Below, in pieces: positions 9,756 through 22,380 of a stretch of DNA of 64,000 bases. A program made the position numbers and the translations under genes. The stretch covers positions 9,162,113-9,226,112 of the forward strand of contig NC_081399.1 in assembly GCF_030684315.1 (NCBI RefSeq), read 5' to 3'. Position 1 is the stretch's first letter. Every line of letters starts with the position of its first letter. Under the pieces are notes generated by a model. That model worked only from the letters and a program-made list of their open reading frames with translations, ran no database searches and was not told the origin of the DNA. The DNA comes from Stegostoma tigrinum. Taxonomy: Eukaryota.

Positions 9756-12548
9756 GTGTCCCGGTGTGATAGTCTCCCAGTGTGACAGTGTCCCGGTGTA
9801 ACAGTGTCCCAGTGTGACAGTGTCCCGGTGTGACGGTCTCCCAGTGTGACAGTGTCCCGGTGTAACAGTGTCCCGGTGTGACAGTCTCCCAGTGTGACAG
9901 TCTCCCAGTGTGACAGTCTCACAGTGTGACAGTGTCCCGGTGTGACAGTGTCCCGGTGTGACAGTGTCCCGGTGTGACAGTCTCACAGTGTGACAGTGTC
10001 CCGGTGTGTCAGTGTCCCGGTGTGTCAGTCTCCCAGTGTGACAGTGTCCCGGTGTGACAGTGTCCCGGTGTGACAGTGTCCCGGTGTGACAGTGTCCCGG
10101 TGTGACAGTCTCACAGTGTGACAGTGTCCCGGTGTGTCAGTGTCCCAGTGTGACAGTCTCCCAGTGTGACAGTGTCCCGGTGTGACAGTCTCACAGTGTG
10201 ACAGTGTCCCGGTGTGACAGTCTCCCAGTGTGACAGTCTCCCAGTGTGACAGTCTCACAGTGTGACAGTGTCCCGGTGTGACAGTGTCCCGGTGTGACAG
10301 TGTCCCGGTGTGACAGTGTCCCGGTGTGTCAGTGTCCCAGTGTGACAGTCTCCCAGTGTGACAGTGTCCCGGTGTGACAGTGTCCCGGTGTGACAGTGTC
10401 CCGGTGTGACAGTGTCCCGGTGTGACAGTCTCACAGTGTGACAGTGTCCCGGTGTGTCAGTGTCCCAGTGTGACAGTCTCCCAGTGTGACAGTGTCCCGG
10501 TGTGACAGTCTCACAGTGTGACAGTGTCCCGGTGTGACAGTGTCCCGGTGTGACAGTGTCCCGGTGTGACAGTGTCCCGGTGTGACAGTCTCACAGTGTG
10601 ACAGTGTCCCGGTGTGACAGTGTCCCGGTGTGACAGTGTCCCGGTGTGACAGTCTCACAGTGTGACAGTGTCCCGGTGTGTCAGTGTCCCAGTGTGACAG
10701 TCTCCCAGTGTGACAGTGTCCCGGTGTGACAGTGTCCCGGTGTGACAGTGTCCCGGTGTGACAGTGTCCCGGTGTGACAGTCTCACAGTGTGACAGTGTC
10801 CCGGTGTGTCAGTGTCCCAGTGTGACAGTCTCCCAGTGTGACAGTGTCCCGGTGTGACAGTCTCACAGTGTGACAGTGTCCCGGTGTGACAGTGTCCCGG
10901 TGTGACAGTGTCCCGGTGTGACAGTCTCACAGTGTGACAGTGTCCCGGTGTGACAGTGTCCCGGTGTGACAGTGTCCCGGTGTGACAGTCTCACAGTGTG
11001 ACAGTGTCCCGGTGTGTCAGTGTCCCAGTGTGACAGTCTCCCAGTGTGACAGTGTCCCGGTGTGACAGTCTCACAGTGTGACAGTGTCCCGGTGTGTCAG
11101 TGTCCCGGTGTGACAGTGTCCCGGTGTGACGGTGTCCCGGTGTGACGGTGTCCCGGTGTGACGGTGTGACGGTGTCCCGGTGTGACGGTGTCCCGGTGTG
11201 ACAGTGTCCCGGTGTGACAGTGTCCCGGTGTGACAGTGTCCCGGTGTGACAGTCTCACCGTGTGACAGTCTCCCGGTGTGACAGTCTCCCGGTGTGACAG
11301 TCTCCCGGTGTGACAGTCTCACGGTGTGACAGTCTCACAGTGTGACAGTCTCACAGTGTGACAGTGTCCCGGTGTGACAGTCTCACAGTGTGACAGTGTC
11401 CCGGTGTGACAGTCTCACAGTGTGACAGTCTCACGGTGTGACAGTGTCCCGGTGTGACAGTGTCCCGGTGTGACAGTGTCCCGGTGTGACAGTCTCACAG
11501 TGTGACAGTCTCACAGTGTGACAGTCTCACAGTGTGACAGTCTCACAGTGTGACAGTGTCCCGGTGTGACAGTCTCACAGTGTGACAGTCTCACAGTGTG
11601 ACAGTGTCCCGGTGTGACAGTCTCACAGTGTGACAGTCTCACAGTGTGACAGTCTCACAGTGTGACAGTCTCCCGATATGACAGTGTCCCGGTGCGGCGG
11701 TGTACTGGTGTGATAGTATCCCGGTGTAACAGTCTCCCGGTGTGGCACAGTGCTGGTGTGACTGTGTCCCGGTGTGACAGTCTCACAGTGTGACAGTCTC
11801 ACAGTGTGACAGTGTCCCGGTGTGACAGTGTCCCGGTGTGACAGTGTCCCGGTGTGACAGTCTCACCGTGTGACAGTCTCACCGTGTGACAGTGTCCCGG
11901 TGTGACAGTCTCCCGGTGTGACAGTCTCACGGTGTGACAGTGTCCCGGTGTGACAGTCTCCCGGTGTGACAGTCTCCCGGTGTGACAGTCTCCCGGTGTG
12001 ACAGTCTCACAGTGTGACAGTCTCACAGTGTGACAGTCTCACAGTGTGACAGTGTCCCGGTGTGACAGTCTCACAGTGTGACAGTGTCCCGGTGTGACAG
12101 TCTCACAGTGTGACAGTCTCACGGTGTGACAGTCTCACAGTGTGACAGTCTCACAGTGTGACAGTCTCACAGTGTGACAGTCTCACAGTGTGACAGTCTC
12201 CCGATATGACAGTGTCCCGGTGCGGCGGTGTACTGGTGTGATAGTATCCCGGTGTAACAGTCTCCCGGTGTGGCACAGTGCTGGTGTGACTGTGTCCCGG
12301 TGTGACAGTCTCACAGTGTGACAGTGTCCCGGTGTGACAGTGTCCCGGTGTGACAGTCTCCCGATATGACAGTGTCCCGGTGCGGCGGTGTACTGGTGTG
12401 ATAGTATCCCGGTGTAACAGTCTCCCGGTGTGGCACAGTGCTGGTGTGACTGTGTCCCGGTGTGATAGTCTCACAGTGTAACAGTCTCCCTGTGTAGCAG
12501 TCTCCATCTGTAACAGTGTCCTCCTGTGACAGTGTCACAGTGTGACTG
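9755..12548. repeat. 16-bp satellite ACAGTSTCMCRGTGTG (~2.8 kb)
   Basis: Direct tandem repetition. A diverged block (CCGATATGAC..GGCACAGTGCTGG) recurs at ~11673, ~12201 and ~12361. Confidence 0.97.
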
Positions 12549-12814
12549 TCTCCCCATCAAACACTCCCAGGAAAGGGACAGCAAGGAGTTACTCTCACTT
12601 TCTATCTTCCTCTCTGACTCCCTCTCCATCATCCTTTCCGACTGTCACTCTGTCTCACTCTCTGACTCACTGTCTATCCACCTCTCGTGGCTCACTATCT
12701 ACCTCCCTCTGTCTGTCTTTCTCTCTCCTTCTCTCTCCCCTCACTTCTCTGAGTCTCTCTATCTCCCTCTCTGACTCACTCTCAATCTCCCTCTTTATAA
12801 AAATTGTTACTCAC

Positions 12815-12881
12815 CGACACAGAAGGCAGAGATAATGAGCAGCTCACAAGCCCATCTCATATTAAAATTACACATCGCCAT
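12815..12881 (-). CDS. Gene A leader (signal peptide) exon
   Basis: ATG at 12881, MAMCNFNMRWACELLIISAFCV+G|GTGAGT. Phase 1 fits the IgV exon at 2740, and the exon is paralogous to 45930-45996. Confidence 0.85.
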
Positions 12882-13060
12882 TGAGAGGGACAGAGAGGGA
12901 AGAGGAAACGTTTGAGATTGTGAAACAAGGAAGCGATTGGAGCGGAAAGACGAAATACAAGCAGCCTCTGAAAGAAAGTGCACCACACGGAGGCAAATAC
13001 ACTATAGCCCCCATACCGCAGCCTCTCGGTGCACTCTCTGTAGCCCTACATCTGAGTCAC
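12882..13060 (-). promoter_or_regulatory. Probable gene A proximal promoter/5'UTR
   Basis: Alignable with the region upstream of gene B. Contains GGAA (ETS) motifs, CCAAT, RUNX ACCACA (12982-12987) and AP-1 TGAGTCA (13053-13059). Motif function is inferred. Confidence 0.5.
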
Positions 13061-14069
13061 CCCCTCAGACTACCATCATCATTCGCTGTGGCTCCTGTCT
13101 CCATCCCAAAGCTGGGAGGAGGTCCTGTCCACTGCTGCAGTCGGGAGGTCAGGGGGGGCCTGCCCATAAGCAGCATGGATGAAAAGAAGGAGAAAGCGGG
13201 CAGAGAGAGTAAAAGGGGAGGGGAAGACAGGTTTGGGAGAGGAATTTTCGAACAGCCTTCAGTTTCAAGAAAAGAGACCATCAATTTTTCTGACAGGGCG
13301 GGCGAGGAGGCGTGAGCTGGTGTGAGTCAGGACTAATGTTTCAAAGTACTCCTAATGATGGAGGTCAGAGCCTTTGGGTGGCAGTCATTGAGGGACACTG
13401 CATGAGCTTCCTTTGGTATCAGGATGATGGTGGTCAGCTTGAAGCAGTTGGGGGACTTTGAATAGTAGCAAGGAGACGTTGAAGATGTCAGTCAAAATTC
13501 CCACTGTCTGGTACGCAGAATCCGAGTGCAGAGCCGGGGATAAAATCCGGGCCAGTCACTTCCTATGGGTTCACTCTTGGAAAGGCCGATCTGGCGTCTG
13601 CAGCAGGGGCCGAGGGTGAATACCTAGGCTCATGGTAAGGCCAGGAGATATCAAACTGCGTCACTCAATCATACATGTTTCACAGAATTAAATTATCTTG
13701 GGTGCAAGATAATTAGGGTGTATTTCTATCTGGAACATCCGAAAGCATGCCAAGTTGCCATGGAAGTGGAACGTGAGATGCGAAGTTTCTCTTGTTTAAT
13801 ATTGCTCGCTGTTTTTCACAGAAGACAGTTGAAAATTTGGAAATTGTGCAGTTCTCTTGGGCTAAATAGGAGAGTAGCTGCAAAATCCATCCAGCTTTGA
13901 ATAGATTGAGAGCCTAAGACAACGTGGGATACCTGGATATAAAATGTGGGGATTGAAATATTTATGCTGTAACCTTAAATATTTGAAGGGGTTCTACAGT
14001 TCAGCAGATGGAGCTTTGACCCCAGGTATTAGAATGTATCTGCATGTTAGCAAGAAATAAATGACCAGT

Positions 14070-14435
14070 ACAGCGGAGGTGGTAGACGCAGACACGTTAG
14101 TTATAATGAAGGATTGATGTTCTGGTCATATTCAGGGATTTGGGTTATGGTGATGTATTAAGGTTCCTGGTGAACATTTGGGGTTATAGTCAAGCATTGG
14201 TGTTCTGTGCGGGATTTAGGTTCTGGTGAGGAATATGGGTTACAGTCAGAGTTTGGGCTTTTGGTCTGAGATTGAGATTATGGATATATTTGGACAGGTA
14301 CCTGGATGGGCAGTGAGCAAATGGACACAGACTGTTAGAAAATAGATGACAGGTTAGACAGAGGATCTTGATTGGTGCAGGCTTGGAGGGCCGAAGGGCC
14401 TGTTCCTGTGCTGTAATTTTCTTTGTTCTTTGTTC
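14070..14435 (+). mobile_element. CR1 LINE 3' end interrupted by a ~180-bp inverted insertion
   Basis: Matches the reverse complement of the CR1 tail at ~23482-23680, apart from the insert at 14101-14281. Confidence 0.8.
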
Positions 14436-14614
14436 AGGCAAAGACTAAGGGACCATTTCACCTAGCCTCTTTGCCTGGCCCATAACAGCCAGCCTAACCT
14501 CCTAGCTTCTGTCAACTCTCCCCCCACACTCCCCCTCCAACATGTTCATCCTCAGCGTCCTCCAGTGTCACAGTGACTCGGAAAACAAATTTGAAGAACA
14601 ACACCTTATCTTCC

Positions 14615-16789
14615 TCTACATCGCCGAGGCCAGACGCCAACTCTCCGACACCATCTCCTACCGCCCCCTCGATCATGAACCCACACCCGAGCACCAAACC
14701 ATCATCTCCAACACCATTCACGACCTCATCACCTCAGGGGACCTCCCACCCACAGCCTCCAACCTCATTGTTCCCCAACCCCGCACGGCCCGTTTCTATC
14801 TCCTTCCCAAAATCCACAAACCTGCCTGCCCTGGTTGACCCATCGTCTCAGCCTGCTCCTGCCCCACCGAACTCATCTTCACCTATCTGGATTCCATTTT
14901 CTCCTCTTTGGTCCAGGAACTCCCCACCTACGTCCGTGACACCACCCACGCCCTCCACCTCCTCTAGGACTTCCAATTCCCTGGCCCCCAACACCTCATA
15001 TTCACCATGGACGTCCAGTCTCTATACACCTGCATTCCGCATGCAGATGGCCTCAAGGCCCTCCACTTCTTCCTGTCCCGCAGGCCCGACCAGTCCCCCT
15101 CCACCGACACTCTCATCCGCCTAGCTGAACTCGTCCTCACCCTCAACAACTTCTCTTTTGACTCCTCCCACTTCCTACAAACTAAAGGGGTGGCCATGGG
15201 CTATGCCTGCCTCTTTGTAGGTTACGCGGAACAGTCCCTCTTCCGCACCTACACAGGCCCCAAACCCCACCTCTTCCTCCGGGACATTGATGACTGTATC
15301 GGCGCCGCCTCTTGCACCCCAGAGGAGCTCGAACAGTTCATCCACTTCACCAACACCTTCCACCCCAACCTTCAGTTCACCTGGGCCATCTCCAGCACAT
15401 CCTTCACCTTCCTGGACCTCTCAGTCTCCATCTCAGGCAACCAGCTTGTAACTGATGTCCATTTCAAGCCCACCGACTCCCACAGCTACCTAGAATACAC
15501 CTCCTCCCACCCACCCTCCTGCAAAAATTCCATCCCCTATTCCCAATTCCCCTGCCTCAGCCGCATCTGCTCCCACGATAAGACATTCCACTCCCGCACA
15601 TCCCAGATGTCCAAGTTCTTGAAGGACTACAACTTTCCCCCCACGGTGATCGAGAACGCCCTTGACCGCGTCTCCCGTATTTCCCGCAACACATCCCTCA
15701 CACCCCGCCCCCGCCACAACCGCCCTAAGAGGATCCCCCTCGTTCTCACACAGCACCCTACCAACCTCCGGATACAACGCATCATCCTCCGACACTTTCG
15801 CCATCTACAATCCGACCCCACCACCCAAGACATTTTTCCATCCCCACTCTTGTCTGCTTTCCGGAGAGACCACTCTCTCCGTGACTCCCTTGTTCGCTCC
15901 ACACTGCCCTCCAACCCCACCACACCCGGCACCTTCCCCTGCAACCGCAGGAAATGCTACACTTGTCCCCACACCTCCTCCCTCACCCCTATCCCAGGCC
16001 CCAAGATGACATTCCACATTAAGCAGAGGCTCACCTGCACATCTGCCAATGTGGTATATTGCATCCACTGTACCCGGTGTGGCTTCCTCTACATTGGGGA
16101 AACCAAGCGGAGGCTTGGAGGCCGCTTTGCAGAACACCTCCGCTCAGTTCGCAACAAACAACTGCACCTCCCAGTCGCAAACCATTTCCACTGCCCCTCC
16201 CATTCTCTAGATGACATGTCCATCATGGGCCTCCTGCAGTGCCACAATGATGCCACCCCAAGGTTGCAGGAACAGCAACTCATATTCCGCCTGGGAACCC
16301 TGCAGCCTAATGGTATCAATGTGGACTTCACCAGTTTCAAAATCTCCCCTTCCCCTACTGCATCCCTAAATCAGCCCAGTTCGTCCCCTCCCCCCACTGC
16401 ACCACACAACCAGCCCAGCTCTTCCCCCCCACCCACTGCATCCCAAAACCAGTCCAACCTGTCTCTGCCTCCCTAACCGGTTCTTCCTCTCACCCATCCC
16501 TTCCTCCCACCCCAAGCCGTACCCCCATCTACCTACTAACCTCATCCCACCTCCTTGACCTGTCCGTCTTCCCTGGACTGACCTATCCCCTCCCTACCTC
16601 CCCACCTACACTCTCTCCACCTATCTTCTTTACTCTCCATCTTCGGTCCGCCCCCCCCTCTCTCCCTATTTATTCCAGTTCCCTCTCCCCATCCCCCTCT
16701 CTGATGAAGGGTCTAGGCCCGAAACGTCAGCTTTTGTGCTCCTGAGATGCTGCTTGGCCTGCTGTGTTCATCCAGCCTCACATTTTATT
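14615..16789 (+). mobile_element. Penelope-like retroelement (RT + Cys linker + GIY-YIG; Neptune-type), 5'-truncated, inactivated
   Basis: FYLLPKIHK, MDVQSLYT, GVAMG (with a deletion), DIDD in place of YIDD, CNRRKCYTC linker, VVYCIHC..LYIGETKR endonuclease. TSD ACCTTATCTTCC at 14603-14614 and 16790-16801. Confidence 0.93.
16701..16728 (+). ncRNA. Minimal type I hammerhead ribozyme motif in the PLE tail
   Basis: CTGATGA-A-GGGTCTAGGCCC-GAAAC-GTC: intact core, stem II and palindromic ACGT stem III. Confidence 0.75.
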
Positions 16790-17140
16790 ACCTTATCTTC
16801 CGCCTGGGCTTCCTATAGCCTGGAGGACTCAACGTTGAGGTCCCCAAATTTCAAATAACCTATCCAGTCATCCTCCAGATCCCATTCCAGAGCCATCTCC
16901 TCCCTTCCATTCCGCCTTCTGACCCTCCCTTCCAGCCACCAACCAGATTCATCCCTCTCATCGACCAACCAGATTACCATTTCACTACCCCCCCTCCCAC
17001 CCCTTTACCTACAGCTCCCCCTACCCCCACATCTAGTCTGAAGAAGTGTAGCACCCTAAACGTTGACTTCTCCTTTCTGCCAAATGCCGCCTGGCTTGCT
17101 GTGTTCTTCCAGCATCCTTACAGAATAGCAGACCTACTCT

Positions 17141-17770
17141 ATAATCTCAATCTCAGACCAAAAGCCCAAACTATGACTTTAACCCATATTCCTCACCAGA
17201 AACACTAAATCCCACACAGAACACAAATGCTTGACTATAACCCCAAATGTTCACCAGGAACCTTAATACATCACCATAACCCAAATCCCTGAATATGACC
17301 AGAACATCAATCCTTCATTATACCTCCAAATACTCACTGTAACTTTAATCCCTTATCCAACAAATCCCTGATCATTACCAGAACACCAATCCTTGAATAT
17401 AACCCCAATCCCTCATCATAACCTCAATACCTCACCATAACCAAATCCCTGACACTGATAAAAATAACAATCCTTGAATGTAACCCCAAACCTCCACTAT
17501 AACCTTAATCCTTTGCCATGATCCCAATCCCTGAACAGATCCCCTGACAATAACTCCAGACCCTGACCAAAACCCTAATCATTGACCATACTCCAACCCT
17601 TCACCAGATCCCAATCTTTCAATGAAACCGCAATCTCTGACCTTGGCCATACCCCAACGTCACCAGTCCCCAATCCCTCACTCTAACCTCAATCCTTCAC
17701 CATAAACTCAATCTCTGATTTTGATCATAACCCAGTTCCTCACCATAACAGCAATCACATTTCAGACCCT
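17141..17770. repeat. Degenerate ~19-bp C/A-rich satellite (CCATAACCCCAATCCCTGA-like)
   Basis: Loose tandem periodicity. Confidence 0.7.
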
Positions 17771-19626
17771 CACACTCCACGTAGCCCTCTTTCATCTCAG
17801 GTTCATCCTCCATTCAGACCTCTCCATTTCAGACCCTCACTGCTGGTTCCTCCCATCTCAGCTGCTACGAATTTTTCTGTGGCTATGAATGTGCTGGTTC
17901 CACCATCTCTCCCTGTCTGGATGATATCTTTCAGTGCAGTGTTTGCCAGGGTCAGAGAGGTGGAAGATACCTGACGAAGATGCATGCGAACAATCCATCC
18001 CATGACATCATAAGGATTGTTTCTGGAGCATAGACGCCAACATAGCTGGGTTGACCTCCTATTGCAAGACACGCGAATCCTCAGCAAAAAGCAAAAAAGA
18101 ATCATTGTCTATGAGTGAACAAATAACATCAATTCATGCAGGACTCCTTTAATCCTGTAGCACCCAATGAAACACATTCACAACCTATGAACTGATGACA
18201 GCTCCACTTCTGAATTGTGAACCTCCAGTGCTCAGGGAACATTGTCAACCACACCAATATGGTATCTGAGCCAAGCAGCAATGCCTCAGGTCTCTACCTG
18301 CCATGGAAAATCTGTGATCCTCAACCACTTGAGGATAGCCTTGTTGAAGATGTGACCACTTAATTTCTCCACAAGTGGAATGTGAGGAACAGCTCAAATT
18401 ATCTCTCAGGACAAGAATTCAGTGTGTAGGGCATCAACCTGACTGTGGCGATCACAGTCAGGTTGTTGCCCTACACACTGAACTCTTGACCCGAGAGATC
18501 CCTTCCTGGTCATTGCAAGCACTCACACTGAGTCAGCTGAAGCTGTTGGTTGAATCAAACTACTTCCCCAATCATACCAACTAAAACTTTACGGAAGGAG
18601 TATTCATTCCCCCCCACCCCACCATTGCCAATGCAGAGTAACAGAAAGGTCCAGGCCCCATCATCCTGTTGCTGAATAACACTGATCTTGACATCATCTG
18701 TTTGTACGTCTAACTTTGGTGGCTCCTACTCCCATCCTGGTTTCCAGTAATGTCCTGCACCGTCTTGCTTCACCTGGCCTTCAGTCAGACTGCCTACCAA
18801 TGCTGACCTGAGGGGAAGAAGTGAGAATGCTCTCAAAATCGTAGTGAAGCCTTCCCTAGCCCAACATTCCAACCAATCTCACTCAAGTCCTCTTCTTCAC
18901 AACTGAAAGTCTCTCCATGAGCTTCTTACTGAAAGGAAATGGACTGGGAAAATTGTTAGTCTGTATTTTGCTGGTATTTGTTTACTCAGTCTAGAATTTT
19001 ATTCAGAGGAAGTGTTTGTGATTCTCTCTCTCTCTCTCATTTCAGTTTTGCTTCCCACTTGGGCTGATGTGTGGTTGTGATTTACTGGATTGGTCCCAGA
19101 AATGTGGGATTTTCTTTCATGCAAAGGGACCGCAGCCATTGGGATTGTTTTCCTTAGAACGGGGAAAGCTAAGGATGATTGCATTGAGGCACCTAACATA
19201 AGGAAGGGTCTTTCTTGATTATGTTAATAGGGCAACACCATTTCCAATGACAGGAGGGTTAGGAACCAGAGGAACACATTGGAGAGAATCAGTAAATGAT
19301 CCCGAAGGGATGAGAGGAAATGTTTCGATCCAGTGAGTGGTTGTGATCGAGAATGTGGTACCTAAAAGGATGGTGGAAACAGATTCAGTGGGAACTTTCA
19401 AAAAGAGGGGATGCGTGGAAACATTCGAATGGGAGAAATTTGCAAATCAATGGGATAAGAGCAGAGAAATGTTGGGTTAATTAGAATACTCTACAACAGC
19501 CAGCATAGGCATGATGGGCTCAATGGCCTCTACCTGTTCTGGATAGTTCTATAAATTTAAATAATACCTTCCACATCTGAGCTTGTTTCTTTCATGCCCA
19601 CTGACTGAGTTCACTTGTTCCTTCAG

Positions 19627-19872
19627 CTCAGAGTCAGGCCGCCTGTCCACTGGATCCCTGGGTCGATCAGACTCCTAAGCTCTGGAGCTCCCAGACATGT
19701 CAACGGATTATGAGGTTGTCTAGATAAGATCATCACATGACATCAAAATGGCAAGTGGGAATGTGAAATATTTTGGCACTAAAGGAGTTAAAGAAAAGGA
19801 TACATTTTCATCCGGAGACCTCAATCTCTAAATCAATGACTTTCAGAGAGAGGACGGTGGGGTTTATGAGAT
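19627..19872 (+). pseudogene. SLAM-family IgV pseudo-exon (B-like), 3'-truncated
   Basis: Acceptor ttgttccttcag|CTCAGAGTCAG. Blocks TGGATCCCTGGG, AATATTTTGGCA, ATTTTCATCC and GAGAGAGGA match exon 48639-48959. Contains TAA and TAG stops (TAG at the conserved Trp) and indels. Confidence 0.85.
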
Positions 19873-21559
19873 GATTTAACAAAAGATTTAGGAATTTAAA
19901 ATTAAGAATCAGTTCAACTGGCCGTGTGCAGTGAGTGAGCTTTTATCCGACAAGCCATGAACTGCAAGATAGAAATAGAAGGAGACCATTCTGCCCCGTC
20001 ATATGTGTTCCACCCTTCAATAGGATCACGGCAGACATCCCCATATTTCTTGATTCCATTTGTGCCCAAAAATACTATTGCTGTCAATTTGAATGTACTC
20101 ATCAACTGAGAATTCACAGCTCTTTTGAGTAGAGATTTACTCCTAGTGAATGAAGAACTTTCTCCTTATCACAGTCTGAAATGGTCAATCTCATATCCTT
20201 AGTCTGTGATTCCCACGCTCCCCACTCTCCAACCACAGGAAGCAGCCTCTTAGCATTGATTTTGTTGGACACTAAGAATTTTAAGCTAATCATTATACTA
20301 ATCACTCACTAATTCCATATCGATGAATGGTTGAGTGGAATGACTTCTTTCTGTGCAGCAGCCATATGATTCTGTAAGTTGTCACTCCAAGTCTAGTATA
20401 GAGTTGGAGGATCTGGTCATGTTAATCAAAATAGATGAAACAACCTTGACATCTTGTGATATCAAGTAGTTGAAGTGTGAAGTCATGGTTTCTTCTTCAC
20501 AATTCTTGACTCTCCGCACAGGGACCTTTAAATTAAAACGATCACATTTCCTCATTTATCTGTTCCCTTCCTAATGAGGAAGTTGCTGCTGATGATTTCA
20601 CCCACAGCAACTTTTATTTTGCTAAGATTTGGAATCTGTCACTATCAACCTAAATAAACTGTGAATAGGCAGTTAACTTGTAGCACTACGAATAATAAAT
20701 CGGACATGGAATACCAAATATAACAAAGATAGCCTTAACTGTCAGAGCTTCAGGGGAGACCGCTTGCCCATATGGCCCAAATTCAGCCGCACAGTACTGC
20801 TGAGCTTGGATCTTCCTCGGGCTAAATTCTAGCCCTTTTGCCTCAAGGATGTAGCAGATTCTGTATAGAAACTAGCTTCCATAGAAGTAGGGTTTCACCC
20901 ATGCAACCTTCCAAAACCTACTCGTTAAAGTTCTGTCTGTTGAGGTGGTGTGGATGTGCGGAAATGCTTTTACATGGCATGCCATGGCTGATTCTGGACA
21001 TCCAGTTGCTCAGAAACAAAAAAAACGTCAACAGTTGGGAGCATTCAATGCCTGTGAATCCAGATGTCTAATTCAGCTTACTCATTGCCTCTCCACTCTA
21101 TCTCTTCTGTTTCTTCTGATCTGATTGTGACACTGCTTCTGCATTTAACTGTCCTTTATGTTGCAGTGAATTTGCTTCATATTTGGTATTTCTTTGAGGA
21201 CTAGGTTTTGAAGGATTTTGCAGATGGCTGGATTTTTTTACTTCACAGCAGGTTTAAAAGATATTGGAATTTATGTCCAAGGCTTTTGGGAAATCATGTG
21301 ATTTGTGCTAATTGCTGCTCTAGGTTGCTTGAACTCACTTAAGGAAACACACCTGACAGTTTAATTGCTATCCTGTTTGAACAGTGTTTGCAGAGTTGGG
21401 TTTGCTAATTTTGGAATTTGTTGGGAAAGTCTTCTGAGAACAACGTTCCCATACAGTGTCTTCTGCTCCAAAGCACCTTTGCAGTGAGTTTGGTGAGAAA
21501 CCAGTTTGTGTTTCTGGTAGAGAGTCACTGAATGTCAGAAACCATTGTCAAGAAATAAT

Positions 21560-22065
21560 GAAAGCCCATTAATTTACTTTGTAGGACACGTAGGAATCTG
21601 GAAGACTCAAGCACATGTAATTTGATATTTTTACAGGCCAGTTCTTCTCAAGAATGTGGTACAGTTTTGTAAAATGTGCAATATGTGACAGATGATGGGA
21701 AAATCAAAGAAGTGCAACCAGATTGGCACCTTATATTTCCATGCCAGTTTTTGAAGAACCATTTAGTAATGTGTTAGTAGTTTGTATGTGACCTTTGCTG
21801 AATTGAAATCAGGACATCAACATATTATTATGATTATGGATGTGTCTACTTGATTACTAGAAGTCACACCCCTGAGAACAATCATTGCTAAGATTGTGGA
21901 GAATTTAACCCAGTCCTTCACTGATACAAGTTACTGATGGAGATCCACTTTGTTCAAGATTCCTATTTAATGTTTTAGATTTTTCAAGAAGCTATGAGTA
22001 CTCAGGCTATAACACAGGTAAAATCTTCAGCGTGCTACCCAAAGACACAACAGCTTTAAAAAAGG
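21560..22065 (+). mobile_element. Decayed Gypsy integrase fragment
   Basis: Degenerate EEPFSxVLV..GPL..SGHQ..IMDVST core. Confidence 0.55.
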
Positions 22066-22077
22066 TTAGAATTGTGA

Positions 22078-22210
22078 TCAGAGATAATGGGAGCTGCAGA
22101 TGCTGGAGAATCCGAGATAACAAAGTGTGAAGCGGGATGAACACAGCAGGCCAAGCGGCATCCCAGGAGCGCAAAAGCTGACGTTTCGGGCCGAGACCCT
22201 TCATCAGCTC
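22078..22210 (-). mobile_element. Short Penelope-tail element with hammerhead motif (22180-22207)
   Basis: Reverse complement CTGATGAAGGGTCTCGGCCCGAAACGTC followed by the same tail as 45762-45890. Confidence 0.85.
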
Positions 22211-22380
22211 TCTCATCAGCTAAACACTAATTTACAGATTTTACAGATGTGCCATTGAAATCATACTGTCCAAGTGCATAGTGGCCTGGTACGGAGGCTT
22301 CTCTGTCCAGGACCATGAGAAACTACAGAAAGTGATGTGCACAGCCCAGACTATCAGAGAAACCAACCTTCCATCCATGG

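Larger units (their letters stand above)
14505..17120 (+). mobile_element. Old Penelope-like 3' fragment, host of a younger PLE
   Basis: EEQHLIF|RLG..PGGLNVE is split by the insertion; degenerate tail at ~17037-17115. Confidence 0.75.

Noticed and set aside
9597-12538. His/Cys/Thr-rich ORFs
   Set aside because: Artefacts of the 16-bp satellite.
12881-13315. 144-aa plus-strand ORF over the gene A promoter
   Set aside because: TTG start, purine-rich low complexity, no recognisable domain.
14101-17322. DNA transposon with 180-bp TIRs
   Set aside because: No TSD and no transposase; the right arm is an integral part of a longer satellite.
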